Shown in pieces: positions 39,657 through 49,257 of a stretch of DNA of 64,000 nucleotides. The first letter of the stretch is position 1. The number at the start of each line of letters is the position of its first letter. The stretch comes from Pseudomonadota bacterium (lineage in GTDB: Bacteria > Pseudomonadota > Alphaproteobacteria > Rickettsiales > RGZB01): positions 2,580 through 66,579 of the forward strand of contig RGZB01000002.1 in the NCBI GenBank assembly GCA_010031735.1, written 5' to 3'. Under the pieces are notes generated by a model, which saw nothing but the letters and a program-made list of their open reading frames with translations, searched no databases and was not told the origin of the DNA. Both the position numbers and the translations under genes were made by a program.

Positions 39657-41075
39657 CTAACTGCGGCCCGGATGACTGATGATGCCCTCGCTCATCAACT
39701 CGCGCGACTGCAGGGCTTTTTCGAGGTCCCGGATCAGGGCCGGGTCCACAAGCCCGGTGCGCTCCAGCGTGCGTACGAGTAGCGATACGGCGGCAGGGTA
39801 GGCGGTCTCGGGTGTCTTCGCCCCAAGCCCGGCCTTTGCGTGCGGTTGCAATAGCTGACCCAGCGGATACGGTTCGAAAGCAGGCGCGGGAAGGATGCCG
39901 GTCAGCACCGTCGCAGGACGTTCGATCCTATCCGACCAGGCGATCTTCCCGGTGCGGCCATCGACGATGCTCTGGCTGAAGAGGTCCTGCAGTTCACGCA
40001 GCACTACGGCCTGAGGGCGGTCACCGAACGGATAACCGAGCTCGTCACCCACACTTTCGATCGATTCGTTACGCTTGAAATACTCCAGTGGCGGCTTGAT
40101 GCGGTATTTACCCTCCCCGACCGGTACCAAATAACACATATCGAGCGTGCGCGCGGTCATGAAGAGCGATTCTTCGCTGTCGACGCTTTTGAACAACCCG
40201 CGTTCCGCGGGCTTTAAACGGTGGATATCCTCCTCGTATCCTTCTTTGGCGAGTTTACGGCCATACGCCATACCGAGTGCCATCAGGAAGGCAGTGAGTG
40301 TCGCATGTTCTTTCGGCGGGAAGGGGTTGCGGCGGAGTTCGCCGGTCTCGAGGGTGGCGCGGATCATATTGCCGGTGCCGCGCGCGATCGAGCAGTTGAT
40401 CTCTTCGGTTGAAACGAGCTGGTAGGGCTGGGACAACACCGCCATCGCATGTGCGACCATGAACAGCATGCCTTCGAATACACCGTTCGTGAGGTAGTTC
40501 GGCGCACGTGCCGAAAAGAGTTTCTCGCCCGTATGTGCATCGATCGCGCTTGCGTGTTTGTGGGTGTTGCGGAAGAAAAAGAATTCGTGGTGATCCCTGA
40601 AGACATGTGCGGGCTGGAAGTCATCGTTCCAGACGCCGAGATCCATCCCGTGCTCTTTCACCAGATCCACGAGGGTCATGATCAACATCTGGCGGTGTTT
40701 CAGCCACGTTTCCCAGTTCGTGTGCAGGGTTTGCGTTTCCATGACACCGATGGAATCAAAGATCGAGAGCGCAGGAATGGTGGAGCCGAATTTGCGGTGG
40801 ATGAGCAGACCCACCGGGCGGAAGAAATGCAGATCAAGCGCGAGCAATTCCGTCGGGCTGAAATCCTGCATCTCGTTTAGTTCATGCTGGTACTGGCCTT
40901 TGACCGCTTCATCGGCGGCCATTCTCAAGATTGTGGATATCTGCTGCACCCAGAATACGGTGGATTTCCTCGTGGAGTGCGCCGTCCAGATGGGCGGTGA
41001 CCGGCGGCGGCGTGATGTGCCCCGGGAAGGGATGCTGATAGATATTTCCGTAACCTCTTTTCGACATCCTTCCAT
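39657..41075 (-). CDS. Hypothetical protein (ORFan)
   Basis: 472-codon ORF. The first ~51 codons look non-protein-like (SRGTSRRRRSPP), so the true start may be the ATG at 40922 (MAADEAVKGQ...). I recognise no family motif. Confidence 0.58.
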   Translation of the reverse strand: MEGCRKEVTEISISIPSRGTSRRRRSPPIWTAHSTRKSTVFWVQQISTILRMAADEAVKGQYQHELNEMQDFSPTELLALDLHFFRPVGLLIHRKFGSTIPALSIFDSIGVMETQTLHTNWETWLKHRQMLIMTLVDLVKEHGMDLGVWNDDFQPAHVFRDHHEFFFFRNTHKHASAIDAHTGEKLFSARAPNYLTNGVFEGMLFMVAHAMAVLSQPYQLVSTEEINCSIARGTGNMIRATLETGELRRNPFPPKEHATLTAFLMALGMAYGRKLAKEGYEEDIHRLKPAERGLFKSVDSEESLFMTARTLDMCYLVPVGEGKYRIKPPLEYFKRNESIESVGDELGYPFGDRPQAVVLRELQDLFSQSIVDGRTGKIAWSDRIERPATVLTGILPAPAFEPYPLGQLLQPHAKAGLGAKTPETAYPAAVSLLVRTLERTGLVDPALIRDLEKALQSRELMSEGIISHPGRS

Positions 41076-41090
41076 TCTAGGAAGAAAAGC

Positions 41091-41105
41091 TTAAAAAACA
41101 CTTAA
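41091..41105. promoter_or_regulatory. Perfect TTAA-N7-TTAA (CtrA-type) box
   Basis: TTAAAAAACACTTAA, in the divergent region between the 472-codon ORFan and the FIST gene. It is 33 nt upstream of the ATG at 41139. Confidence 0.5.
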
Positions 41106-41138
41106 TGCAGGGCGGTTTAGCAGCTATACTCCCTCCCT

Positions 41139-42305
41139 ATGGATATCCAACAGCTTTTATGGAACGAAGAATATGGCTGGCGGCCCGTGGAAGCGGGCGA
41201 ACCGGTCGACTTCGTCGAAAAGCCGATCGATGCGCAGCTGGTGCTCTATTTCGGTGCGGCGAGCGTCTTCGAAAAAGTCCCGGTCTATGAGGAATTGAAA
41301 CGCCGCTACCCCTATGCCCACATCGTGGGGGCATCGAGTGCGCTACAGGTCTCTGGCCATTATCCGCTGACAGGCGCTATCACGGCGACGGCTATCCGCT
41401 TCCGCGATGCGGAAGTGCGTGTGGCATCGACGGAGCTGAAGCGCCCTGAACAATCCTATGGTGCCGGTGTGCAGATCGGTGAATCGCTGATATCGCCGGA
41501 CTTAAAAGCCGTGCTGCTCCTGTGCGACGGAACGGTGGCGGATGCGGGTGTGATCATTTCCGCGATGGTGGGCAAGATCGGCAAGAAGATCCCGATTTCG
41601 GGGATGGTCTCCTCGACGGGGCTCGGTGCGGTGCATACCTTTACCGGTGCCGATAGTGTGCCGGAACCCGGCAAGATCGCTGCGATCGGGTTCTATGGTA
41701 AGCACGTCGAACTCAATACCGCAGGTTTCCATAGCTGTGTACCCATGGGTGCACCGCACAAGATCACCCGTGCGAAAGGCCACATCGTCTATGAGATGGA
41801 CGGTGTCGATGCGCTCAGCGTTTATCGCAAATACGTGAAAGAGGATACGGCGGAAGGCGACCGCATGCGCCTCTTGTTCCCCTTCATGATGTCGCGCGAA
41901 GATATGCCCGCGCACGGTGTGCTCCGTTCCGTCGTGATGGTGGATGAAGGGGCGAAGGCCCTGGTGCTCGGCGGGAACGCACCGGAAGGCCGTATCCTGC
42001 AGATGATGATGTCGCGCCCCGAACATATCGTGATAGACGGCGAAGCGGCGGCGCTTGCCAAGGCGCGCTTGATCAAAAGTACTGCAAAAGGCGATGTGCT
42101 GGCGCTGCTTGCGGGCGATGTCTCGCGTGCCGCCGCGATGGACCGTAATATCTATCAGGAGACCGGCTATGTTGCGGAACTGCTGGGCTCAAAACCCTCG
42201 CTCATCGGCGGCTATGGGAACGGCATGTTCATGCCGGTGATGCCCGGTGAGGAAAGCAAGTTGCACAACTACACGACCGCGATCGCGGTGCTGCAGGAAG
42301 TCTAA
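41139..42305 (+). CDS. FIST-domain (FIST_N/FIST_C) signal-transduction protein, putative
   Basis: 388-aa ORF. The length, the early AQLVLYFGA motif (compare the 'pdlvllFas' pattern), ...VLLLCDG... and the two-lobed glycine-rich layout resemble FIST proteins. Assignment is from memory only. Confidence 0.5.
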   Translation: MDIQQLLWNEEYGWRPVEAGEPVDFVEKPIDAQLVLYFGAASVFEKVPVYEELKRRYPYAHIVGASSALQVSGHYPLTGAITATAIRFRDAEVRVASTELKRPEQSYGAGVQIGESLISPDLKAVLLLCDGTVADAGVIISAMVGKIGKKIPISGMVSSTGLGAVHTFTGADSVPEPGKIAAIGFYGKHVELNTAGFHSCVPMGAPHKITRAKGHIVYEMDGVDALSVYRKYVKEDTAEGDRMRLLFPFMMSREDMPAHGVLRSVVMVDEGAKALVLGGNAPEGRILQMMMSRPEHIVIDGEAAALAKARLIKSTAKGDVLALLAGDVSRAAAMDRNIYQETGYVAELLGSKPSLIGGYGNGMFMPVMPGEESKLHNYTTAIAVLQEV

Positions 42306-42320
42306 CTTCGTGAAATACGC

Positions 42321-42563
42321 CTATGCGGCTTGCTGTTTGATCCAATCGAGCGCGATCGGATCCGGGTTCTTTCCCGCGCCTTGGAACAAGACATACCCGA
42401 AGGTCGAAAGATCGAGCTCTTCCTGCGGATGTCCGACCTCTTTCTCGAAGATCGGTTGTTTGATCGCGGGGATATCCATGATGTACCAGCGCACACCGCT
42501 TGCGGTTTTCAGAACCACCGTCCAGATGCCGTTGCCGATCGATTTCTTTTTGCTATAGACCAT
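42321..42563 (-). CDS. Small hypothetical protein (80 aa), second gene of a bicistron
   Basis: The ATG at 42563 is preceded by TAGGAG at 6 nt, and that TAG is the stop of the upstream 229-aa ORF. No recognisable family. Confidence 0.55.
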   Translation of the reverse strand: MVYSKKKSIGNGIWTVVLKTASGVRWYIMDIPAIKQPIFEKEVGHPQEELDLSTFGYVLFQGAGKNPDPIALDWIKQQAA

Positions 42564-42572
42564 ACCGTGCTC

Positions 42573-43262
42573 CTAGCGTTCGATTCTACGATCAAGGCGA
42601 GCTGAGCGCTCGGCCGAAACCAATTCACCGACCGCCGGGCGCGACGCGCCGACCAACAGCTCATCGAGTTGGCGGATGCTGCCCTTCAGGCTTTTTACAG
42701 TATCCGGTGAAGAAACGGCACGCACGGCATTCGTTGCATCCGCACCGAGACTATTTGCCTCACGTTTAGATTTCTCAGTTGCACCACTCGTGCGACCGAT
42801 GAGGTCGCGCACTTCGCGGTCAAAGGCCTCTGTGACACCGAAACGCGCAGCATTATCCGTCGCCTGCGGGTTCGGTTGGCCCGTAAAGGTGGTATCGCGG
42901 AAAGTATCGAGTTGTTGGACAAGCGTGGTAAGCGTATTGCGGAAACCACGCAGGTCGTCCGTCAGTATCACATATCCTCCGTTTGCAAAATCCATCGTAC
43001 CGTCCGGATTGGAAGGGGTGTATCTCGCATCGATCTCTGCCAGCGTAGTTGCCACGTCAAGGGCAGGTTTGTAGCGGAGTTTCGGTGTGGTTTCCTCTCC
43101 ATAGCCTGGATGGACTGCACCGAGTGCAGCAAAGGCATTGTTTGCAACGACATCGCCACCACGCAGCTCATGCACGGCATAGGCCGGCTCTAGCGCATCG
43201 GCGACCTGGCGGTAAAAATCCACCGTGATCGTGCTGAATTTCGTATCGGTAGTTCCGGTCAT
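42573..43262 (-). CDS. Hypothetical protein (ORFan, 229 aa)
   Basis: The ATG at 43262 is preceded by AAGGAGG at 6 nt. No signal peptide or TM. No recognisable family. Confidence 0.65.
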   Translation of the reverse strand: MTGTTDTKFSTITVDFYRQVADALEPAYAVHELRGGDVVANNAFAALGAVHPGYGEETTPKLRYKPALDVATTLAEIDARYTPSNPDGTMDFANGGYVILTDDLRGFRNTLTTLVQQLDTFRDTTFTGQPNPQATDNAARFGVTEAFDREVRDLIGRTSGATEKSKREANSLGADATNAVRAVSSPDTVKSLKGSIRQLDELLVGASRPAVGELVSAERSARLDRRIER

Positions 43263-43302
43263 AAAGTCCTCCTTGTCACACCTTTAAAATAGCCTAAAAT
43301 CC

Positions 43303-43317
43303 TTAACAGACCGTTAA
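43303..43317. promoter_or_regulatory. Perfect TTAA-N7-TTAA (CtrA-type) box
   Basis: TTAACAGACCGTTAA. It lies 40 nt upstream of the minus-strand ATG at 43262. Confidence 0.55.
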
Positions 43318-43542
43318 AGCAGCGCAGGCAAAGACGCGAAACACATGGGTTTCTTATAAAACACCAAATTGGTGTATTGACAAATATTCTAGGATTTCTG
43401 CGGTTCCCTGGCATTCATATACAGGAATAAACGGTAAAATTGCCGAAAAAGCACAGGCTTTTCGCGCCGTTTTTATTGCTGCCCCTGTAGAACGGGTCTA
43501 TAAGCAGCCAAGATTTCACCACCAACGACAGAAGGTGTTCCC

Positions 43543-44715
43543 ATGAACATACATGAATATCAAGCAAAGCAAGTACTCGCGAAATACAAAGTCCCGACCC
43601 CAAAGGGCTTCCCCGCATTCACGGTCGAAGAAGCCGAAAAAGCGGCAAAGGACCTCGGCGGCTCCGTCTGGGTGGTGAAGGCGCAAATCCATGCGGGCGG
43701 TCGCGGTAAAGCGGGCGGCGTGAAAGTCGTGAAATCCTTGGACGATGTGAAAAAAGAAGCAAAACGCCTGCTCGGCTCGACGCTCGTGACGCACCAGACC
43801 GGCCCGGAAGGTAAAGTGGTGAACCGCCTCTATATCGAAGAAGCATCCAACATCGCGAAAGAATATTATCTCGGTGCCCTCGTGGACCGTGCGAACTCGC
43901 GCGTGACGTTCATGGCGTCTTCCGAAGGGGGTGTGGAAATCGAAGAGGTGGCACACAAACATCCGGAAAAAATCATCACGGTGTCGGTCGATCCGGCAAC
44001 GGGTATCCAGGGCTGCCACGCACGCAAACTGGCGTATGGCATCGGTCTGTCCGGCGATAAAGTGAAAGAATTCTCGAAATTCGTGTTTGCACTCTACAAT
44101 GCATTCGTTGGTACGGATTCCTCGATGTTCGAGATCAACCCGCTTGTTGAGACCAAAGAAGGCAATTTCATCGCCCTCGATGCGAAGATCAATTTCGACG
44201 ACAACGCACTCTTCCGCCATCCCGACCTGGAAGCACTGCGCGATGAGTCGGAAGAAGAGCCGCTCGAAGCACGTGCAGGCAAATCCGGCCTGTCCTACGT
44301 GAAGATGGACGGCACCATCGGCTGTATGGTGAATGGTGCGGGTCTTGCCATGGCAACCATGGACATCATCAAACTGTATGGCGCTGAACCGGCGAACTTC
44401 TTGGATGTCGGCGGTGGTGCGACGAAAGAGAAAGTCACCGAAGCGTTCAAGATCATCCTGTCCGATAAAAACGTGAAGGGCATCCTGGTCAACATCTTCG
44501 GCGGCATCATGCGCTGCGACATCATCGCAGAAGGTATCATCGCTGCGGCAAAAGAAGTCTCCATCAAAGTGCCGCTCGTGGTGCGCCTGGAGGGTACGAA
44601 CGTGGAGAAGGGTAAAGAAATTCTCGCGAAATCCGGCCTTGCGATCACGTCTGCTGACAATCTTGCAGATGCTGCGGACAAAGCAGTGAAGGCGATCAAG
44701 AAAAAGGCGGCGTAA
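43543..44715 (+). CDS. sucC: Succinyl-CoA synthetase beta subunit
   Basis: 390-aa [20 protein letters not shown]...[18 protein letters not shown]... and [15 protein letters not shown] are SucC signatures. Confidence 0.96.
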   Translation: MNIHEYQAKQVLAKYKVPTPKGFPAFTVEEAEKAAKDLGGSVWVVKAQIHAGGRGKAGGVKVVKSLDDVKKEAKRLLGSTLVTHQTGPEGKVVNRLYIEEASNIAKEYYLGALVDRANSRVTFMASSEGGVEIEEVAHKHPEKIITVSVDPATGIQGCHARKLAYGIGLSGDKVKEFSKFVFALYNAFVGTDSSMFEINPLVETKEGNFIALDAKINFDDNALFRHPDLEALRDESEEEPLEARAGKSGLSYVKMDGTIGCMVNGAGLAMATMDIIKLYGAEPANFLDVGGGATKEKVTEAFKIILSDKNVKGILVNIFGGIMRCDIIAEGIIAAAKEVSIKVPLVVRLEGTNVEKGKEILAKSGLAITSADNLADAADKAVKAIKKKAA

Positions 44716-44717
44716 GG

Positions 44718-45011
44718 ATGCGTTTTTGCGGCTTTTTCCTGTTGGCGGCTTTGCTGGTAGTGGGCGCGAGCCCGGTGCTGGCAGAAGGATGCACACCGCT
44801 TGCAGAAAGAATCGCAAGAACATCGATGCTCCAAGCAACGTCGGATGTGGACGAGGCGACGGGCAGGCGGGTGCAGCGTGATTTGGACATGAGCTACAGC
44901 CAATATTACGCGCAAAACTGTGAATACGGCGTACTGGAGAAAGCGTTCGAGGGTATAAAGGATAGGGCACCCCTCCGCGCGCTTACGAAGGCGGAAGTAC
45001 AAAAGAAATAA
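44718..45011 (+). CDS. Small secreted hypothetical protein (97 aa), paralogue of the next ORF
   Basis: The ATG lies 2 nt after the sucC stop. It has signal peptide [22 protein letters not shown]|EG and two Cys 43 residues apart. The ...[10 protein letters not shown]...TKAEVQKK pattern is shared with 45035-45436. Confidence 0.55.
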   Translation: MRFCGFFLLAALLVVGASPVLAEGCTPLAERIARTSMLQATSDVDEATGRRVQRDLDMSYSQYYAQNCEYGVLEKAFEGIKDRAPLRALTKAEVQKK

Positions 45012-45034
45012 CGTGAAGTAAACAGGAGAGTGGT

Positions 45035-45436
45035 ATGAAAAAGATTCTGATTTCCCTGATCGCGGTGACGGCGCTTGCTTCGGCTGCGCCTGTCGAAGCA
45101 GCAACCGCCAGCAAGAAAGCGGCGGCAAAACCCGCCGCGAGACAAGCGTCCGCCGTGTGTGAGGCGCTCGGGAAAAATATCGCGTATATGTCGAAAGAGC
45201 TCACCAATAAAAAAGCGGGCTACGATAAGGCGACCGTCACCAACCTGAAGCAGACGCTCGATACCGCCTATGTCTCCTATTATAAGAACGACTGCAAGGA
45301 AGAGCTGCTCACCAAGCAGCTGAAAGGCACGACGATCAAGCCGCGCAGCAAGGCCGAGGTATTCAAGAAGGTGTCAGAAGAAAACCAGGCGTTTATCAAG
45401 AAACAAGCGCAACATAAGAAATCGAATAAAAACTAA
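45035..45436 (+). CDS. Small secreted hypothetical protein (133 aa), paralogue of the previous ORF
   Basis: AGGAG lies 7 nt upstream of the ATG. It has signal peptide [22 protein letters not shown]|AT and two Cys 45 residues apart, with ...[10 protein letters not shown]...SKAEVFKK. Confidence 0.6.
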   Translation: MKKILISLIAVTALASAAPVEAATASKKAAAKPAARQASAVCEALGKNIAYMSKELTNKKAGYDKATVTNLKQTLDTAYVSYYKNDCKEELLTKQLKGTTIKPRSKAEVFKKVSEENQAFIKKQAQHKKSNKN

Positions 45437-45482
45437 TCAACCCTACTAACGACTGATACATAATCAAAAAGGAATCGCTATC

Positions 45483-46358
45483 ATGGCTGTACTCGTCAAC
45501 AAAAACACCAAAGTGATCTGTCAGGGCTTCACCGGCTCTCAAGGCACGTTCCACTCCGAACAGGCCGTGGCTTACGGCACGAAAATGGTGGGTGGTGTAA
45601 CCCCAGGTAAGGGCGGCACGAAACATCTGAACCTGCCGGTATTCGACACCGTAGACGAAGCAGTGAAGAAAACGCAGGCCGATGCGAGCGTGATCTACGT
45701 TCCGCCGCCGTTCGCTGCCGACGCGATCATCGAAGCGATCGATGCGAAGGTGCCGCTCATCGTGTGCATCACCGAAGGTATCCCGGTGCTTGACATGGTG
45801 AAAGTGAAGAAAGCGCTTTCCGGCTCTAAAAGCCGCCTGATCGGGCCGAACTGCCCGGGCATCATCACACCGGGCGAATGCAAAATCGGCATCATGCCGG
45901 GCCATATCCACAAACGTGGCAACGTCGGCATCGTCTCGCGCTCTGGTACGCTGACGTATGAAGCGGTGAAACAAACGGCGGATGCGGGCCTTGGTCAATC
46001 CACCTGCATCGGTATCGGTGGCGATCCGGTGAACGGCACCAACTTCATCGACTGCCTCGACCTTTTCTTGAACGATCCGGAAACCCACTCGATCATCATG
46101 ATCGGGGAGATCGGTGGTTCGGCGGAAGAAGAAGCGGCGGAGTTCCTCAAAAAATCGAAGATCAAAAAACCGACGGTGGGCTTCATCGCGGGCCGTACGG
46201 CCCCGCCGGGACGCCGCATGGGTCACGCCGGTGCGATCGTCGCCGGTGGCAAAGGTGGCGCAGAAGACAAAATCGAAGCGATGAAATCCGCGGGTATCCG
46301 CGTATCGGATTCGCCGTCTGCGCTCGGTACCACGCTTAAAGAATTACTGGCCGCTTAA
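45483..46358 (+). CDS. sucD: Succinyl-CoA synthetase alpha subunit
   Basis: 291-aa [35 protein letters not shown] and SRSGTLTYE, plus the phosphohistidine loop MGHAGAI. Confidence 0.96.
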   Translation: MAVLVNKNTKVICQGFTGSQGTFHSEQAVAYGTKMVGGVTPGKGGTKHLNLPVFDTVDEAVKKTQADASVIYVPPPFAADAIIEAIDAKVPLIVCITEGIPVLDMVKVKKALSGSKSRLIGPNCPGIITPGECKIGIMPGHIHKRGNVGIVSRSGTLTYEAVKQTADAGLGQSTCIGIGGDPVNGTNFIDCLDLFLNDPETHSIIMIGEIGGSAEEEAAEFLKKSKIKKPTVGFIAGRTAPPGRRMGHAGAIVAGGKGGAEDKIEAMKSAGIRVSDSPSALGTTLKELLAA

Positions 46359-46394
46359 GCTAACACTTCATTTTTATCACTTTCGAGAGTTTTT

Positions 46395-49256
46395 ATGTCA
46401 GCATCGAACCTGAAGCAAACGACCTACGCCGCCTCCGGCAATAGCGTGTATATCGCGGAGCTGTATGAGCAATACCTGACCAATCCTGCGTCTGTCGATG
46501 CAAGCTGGCAGGAATTCTTCGGTGGTCTCGGTGATAATGCCGCGAACATCTCCAAAGATTTCATCGGGGCGGGCCGTCAGATCGTCGGCTACCGCGAAGA
46601 GATCGTCGAGAAGCGCCGCATCAAGGGTGGCCGACGTAAAGGTGACCAGCAGGCCGCAAAACAAGGTGAGGATGCAAGCTCGGCCTCGATCCGTGCGCAC
46701 ATGCTAATCCGTGCATTCCGCGTGCGTGGACACTTGCTTGCGAAACTCGATCCGCTAGGCCTGGAAGTGCGCGAGACACATCTCGAGCTCGATCCGAAGC
46801 ATTATGGTTTCAGCGATGCGGATTGGGATAAGCCGATCTATATCGGGGGCTGGCTCGGCATGGAGAATGCAACCCTCCGCCAAATCGTGGATGCGCTGAA
46901 GGCTACCTACTGCGGCAACATCGGTGCGGAATTCATCCATGTGGTACCGCTCGAGCAAAAAGAATGGCTCGAGAACCAGATGGAATCGACCTTCGGTAAG
47001 CCGGTGCTTTCCAAGGACGATAAAAAGAAAATCTTGGACCAGATCGTGAAGGTCGAAGGCTTCGAGCAATTCTTGCATGTGAAATTTCCGGGCACAAAAC
47101 GGTTCTCGATCGAAGGCGCGGAATCGCTGATCCCGGCGCTCGAGACGATGGTGGAAGTATCCGCTCGTCTCGGTGTGCAGGATGTGGTGGTCGGCATGCC
47201 GCACCGCGGCCGCCTGAACGTGCTCACCGCCTTCATGGGTAAACCGTACTACGCGATGCTCTCTGAATTCCAGGGTAACAAAGCGACCCCGGACGATATC
47301 GAATCCTCGGGCGACGTGAAATACCATCTGGGTACGTCTTCCGACCGCAATGTGAACGGCAAGGTCGTGCATATGTCGCTTACCGCGAACCCGTCGCACT
47401 TAGAGGCGGTGAACCCGGTCGTGATGGGTAAGGTGCGTGCGAAACAAGACCAGCTTGGCGATACCAACCGCGATAAAGTGATGGCCGTACTCCTGCACGG
47501 CGATGCGGCATTCGCAGGCCAGGGTGTGGTAGCGGAATCGCTCTCGCTCTCCGACCTTACGGCGTATGCAGTGGGCGGCGTGTTCCACATCATCGTGAAC
47601 AACCAGATCGGCTTCACGACGAGCCCTAAAAACGCACGTCTTTCCCCGTATCCGAGCGATGTCGCGAAAACAGTGCAGGCGCCGATCTTCCACGTCAACG
47701 GTGACGATCCGGAAGCGGTGATCCATGCGACCCGTATCATTTCGGAATACCGTCATAAATTCAAAAAAGACGTGGTACTCGACATCTTCTGTTACCGCCG
47801 CCATGGCCATAACGAAGGCGACGAACCGATGTTCACGCAGCCGGTGATGTATAACACGATCGGCGAACACATGACGCCGCGCGATGTGTACGCGAAGAAG
47901 CTGATGGATGAAGGTACCCTCTCGATGGAAGAATTCGAGAAGATGAAACGCAGCTGGCACGATTTCCTGGAGAAGGAATACGATGCGGCGAAGAAATACA
48001 AGCCGAACAAAGCCGACTGGCTCGAGGGCAAATGGAAAGGCTTCGAGAAACCGAAGAATTCCGGCCGTACGAACGTCGACACGGGCGTTGATATCAAAAC
48101 GCTCAAAAAACTTGGCAAGCATCTCTCCGCGAAACCGGAGGGCGTGGTGCTCAACAAAAAGATCGAACGCCTGCTCGAAGCAAAAGCGAAGATGTTCGAG
48201 ACCGGTGAAGGTTTTGACTGGGCAACCGGGGAGGCACTTGCGTTCGGTTCGCTGCTGCTCGAAGGTACCTCTGTGCGCCTAACGGGTCAAGACGTGGTGC
48301 GCGGCACGTTCTCGCATCGCCATTCGGGCTTGGTCGATCAGACCAACGACAACCGTTATTTCCCGCTCAAGAACCTTGATCCGAAACAGGCGCGCTTCGA
48401 AGTCTATGACTCGAATCTCTCCGAATTCGCGGTGCTTGGTTTCGAATACGGCTACTCGCTCGCGGAGCCGAACAGCCTGACGCTGTGGGAAGCACAGTTC
48501 GGCGATTTCGTGAACGGTGCGCAGGTCATCATCGACCAGTTCATTTCTTCAGGGGAATCGAAATGGCTGCGGATGAGCGGTCTTTGCATGCTGCTGCCGC
48601 ACGGTTATGAAGGCCAGGGCCCTGAGCACAGCTCGGCGCGCCTCGAGCGCTTCCTGCAATCGTGTGCAGAAGACAACATGCAAGTGGTGAATATCACCAC
48701 GCCGGCGAACTACTTCCATGCACTTCGCCGCCAGATCGTGCGGAAGTTCCGTAAACCGATGATCGTGATGAGTCCCAAATCGCTGCTGCGCCACAAGCTC
48801 GCGCAATCGACGCTCTCCGAGTTCGAAAAAGGCAACAGCTTCAAACGCATCATCGGTGAGACGCAGAAACTGGTCGCGGGTGATAAGGTGCGCAAAGTGA
48901 TCTACTGCTCCGGTAAGGTCTACTATGACCTATTCGAAGAACGTGAGAAGCGCGGCATCAACGATATCGCGATCGTGCGTATCGAGCAGCTCTACCCGTT
49001 CTCTGACGCCGAAGTGGCAGAAGAGGCGAAGAAATACAAGAACGCCGAAGTGATCTGGTGCCAGGAAGAGCCGAAGAATATGGGCGCCTGGACCTTCATC
49101 AACCCGCTCATCGAAGAAGCGCTTATCGAAGCGAAGCATAAGAATGCGCGTCCGCGCTATGTCGGTCGCCCAGCGGCGGCTTCACCGGCGGTGGGTTATA
49201 TGAAAATGCATACCGAACAACTCAATGCCTTCTTAAACGATGCACTCGGAAAGTAA
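46395..49256 (+). CDS. sucA: 2-oxoglutarate dehydrogenase E1 component
   Basis: 953-aa ORF. IRAHMLIRAFRVRGHLLAKLDPL, GMPHRGRLNVL, LHGDAAFAGQGVV and LPHGYEGQGPEHSSARLERFLQ are SucA signatures. Confidence 0.96.
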   Translation: MSASNLKQTTYAASGNSVYIAELYEQYLTNPASVDASWQEFFGGLGDNAANISKDFIGAGRQIVGYREEIVEKRRIKGGRRKGDQQAAKQGEDASSASIRAHMLIRAFRVRGHLLAKLDPLGLEVRETHLELDPKHYGFSDADWDKPIYIGGWLGMENATLRQIVDALKATYCGNIGAEFIHVVPLEQKEWLENQMESTFGKPVLSKDDKKKILDQIVKVEGFEQFLHVKFPGTKRFSIEGAESLIPALETMVEVSARLGVQDVVVGMPHRGRLNVLTAFMGKPYYAMLSEFQGNKATPDDIESSGDVKYHLGTSSDRNVNGKVVHMSLTANPSHLEAVNPVVMGKVRAKQDQLGDTNRDKVMAVLLHGDAAFAGQGVVAESLSLSDLTAYAVGGVFHIIVNNQIGFTTSPKNARLSPYPSDVAKTVQAPIFHVNGDDPEAVIHATRIISEYRHKFKKDVVLDIFCYRRHGHNEGDEPMFTQPVMYNTIGEHMTPRDVYAKKLMDEGTLSMEEFEKMKRSWHDFLEKEYDAAKKYKPNKADWLEGKWKGFEKPKNSGRTNVDTGVDIKTLKKLGKHLSAKPEGVVLNKKIERLLEAKAKMFETGEGFDWATGEALAFGSLLLEGTSVRLTGQDVVRGTFSHRHSGLVDQTNDNRYFPLKNLDPKQARFEVYDSNLSEFAVLGFEYGYSLAEPNSLTLWEAQFGDFVNGAQVIIDQFISSGESKWLRMSGLCMLLPHGYEGQGPEHSSARLERFLQSCAEDNMQVVNITTPANYFHALRRQIVRKFRKPMIVMSPKSLLRHKLAQSTLSEFEKGNSFKRIIGETQKLVAGDKVRKVIYCSGKVYYDLFEEREKRGINDIAIVRIEQLYPFSDAEVAEEAKKYKNAEVIWCQEEPKNMGAWTFINPLIEEALIEAKHKNARPRYVGRPAAASPAVGYMKMHTEQLNAFLNDALGK

Positions 49257-49257
49257 C

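Noticed and set aside
40923-41075. First 51 codons of the 472-codon ORF
   Set aside because: The composition (SRGTSRRRRSPPIW) and the lack of an RBS suggest a spurious 5' extension. I kept the full ORF coordinates but flagged the ATG at 40922 as the likelier start.
43516-45128. Long minus-strand ORFs (484 aa and 277 aa) opposite sucC and the small secreted genes
   Set aside because: The plus-strand frame is unmistakably SucC. The antisense frames are low-complexity (R/F/H-rich), which is typical of shadow ORFs in codon-biased genes.
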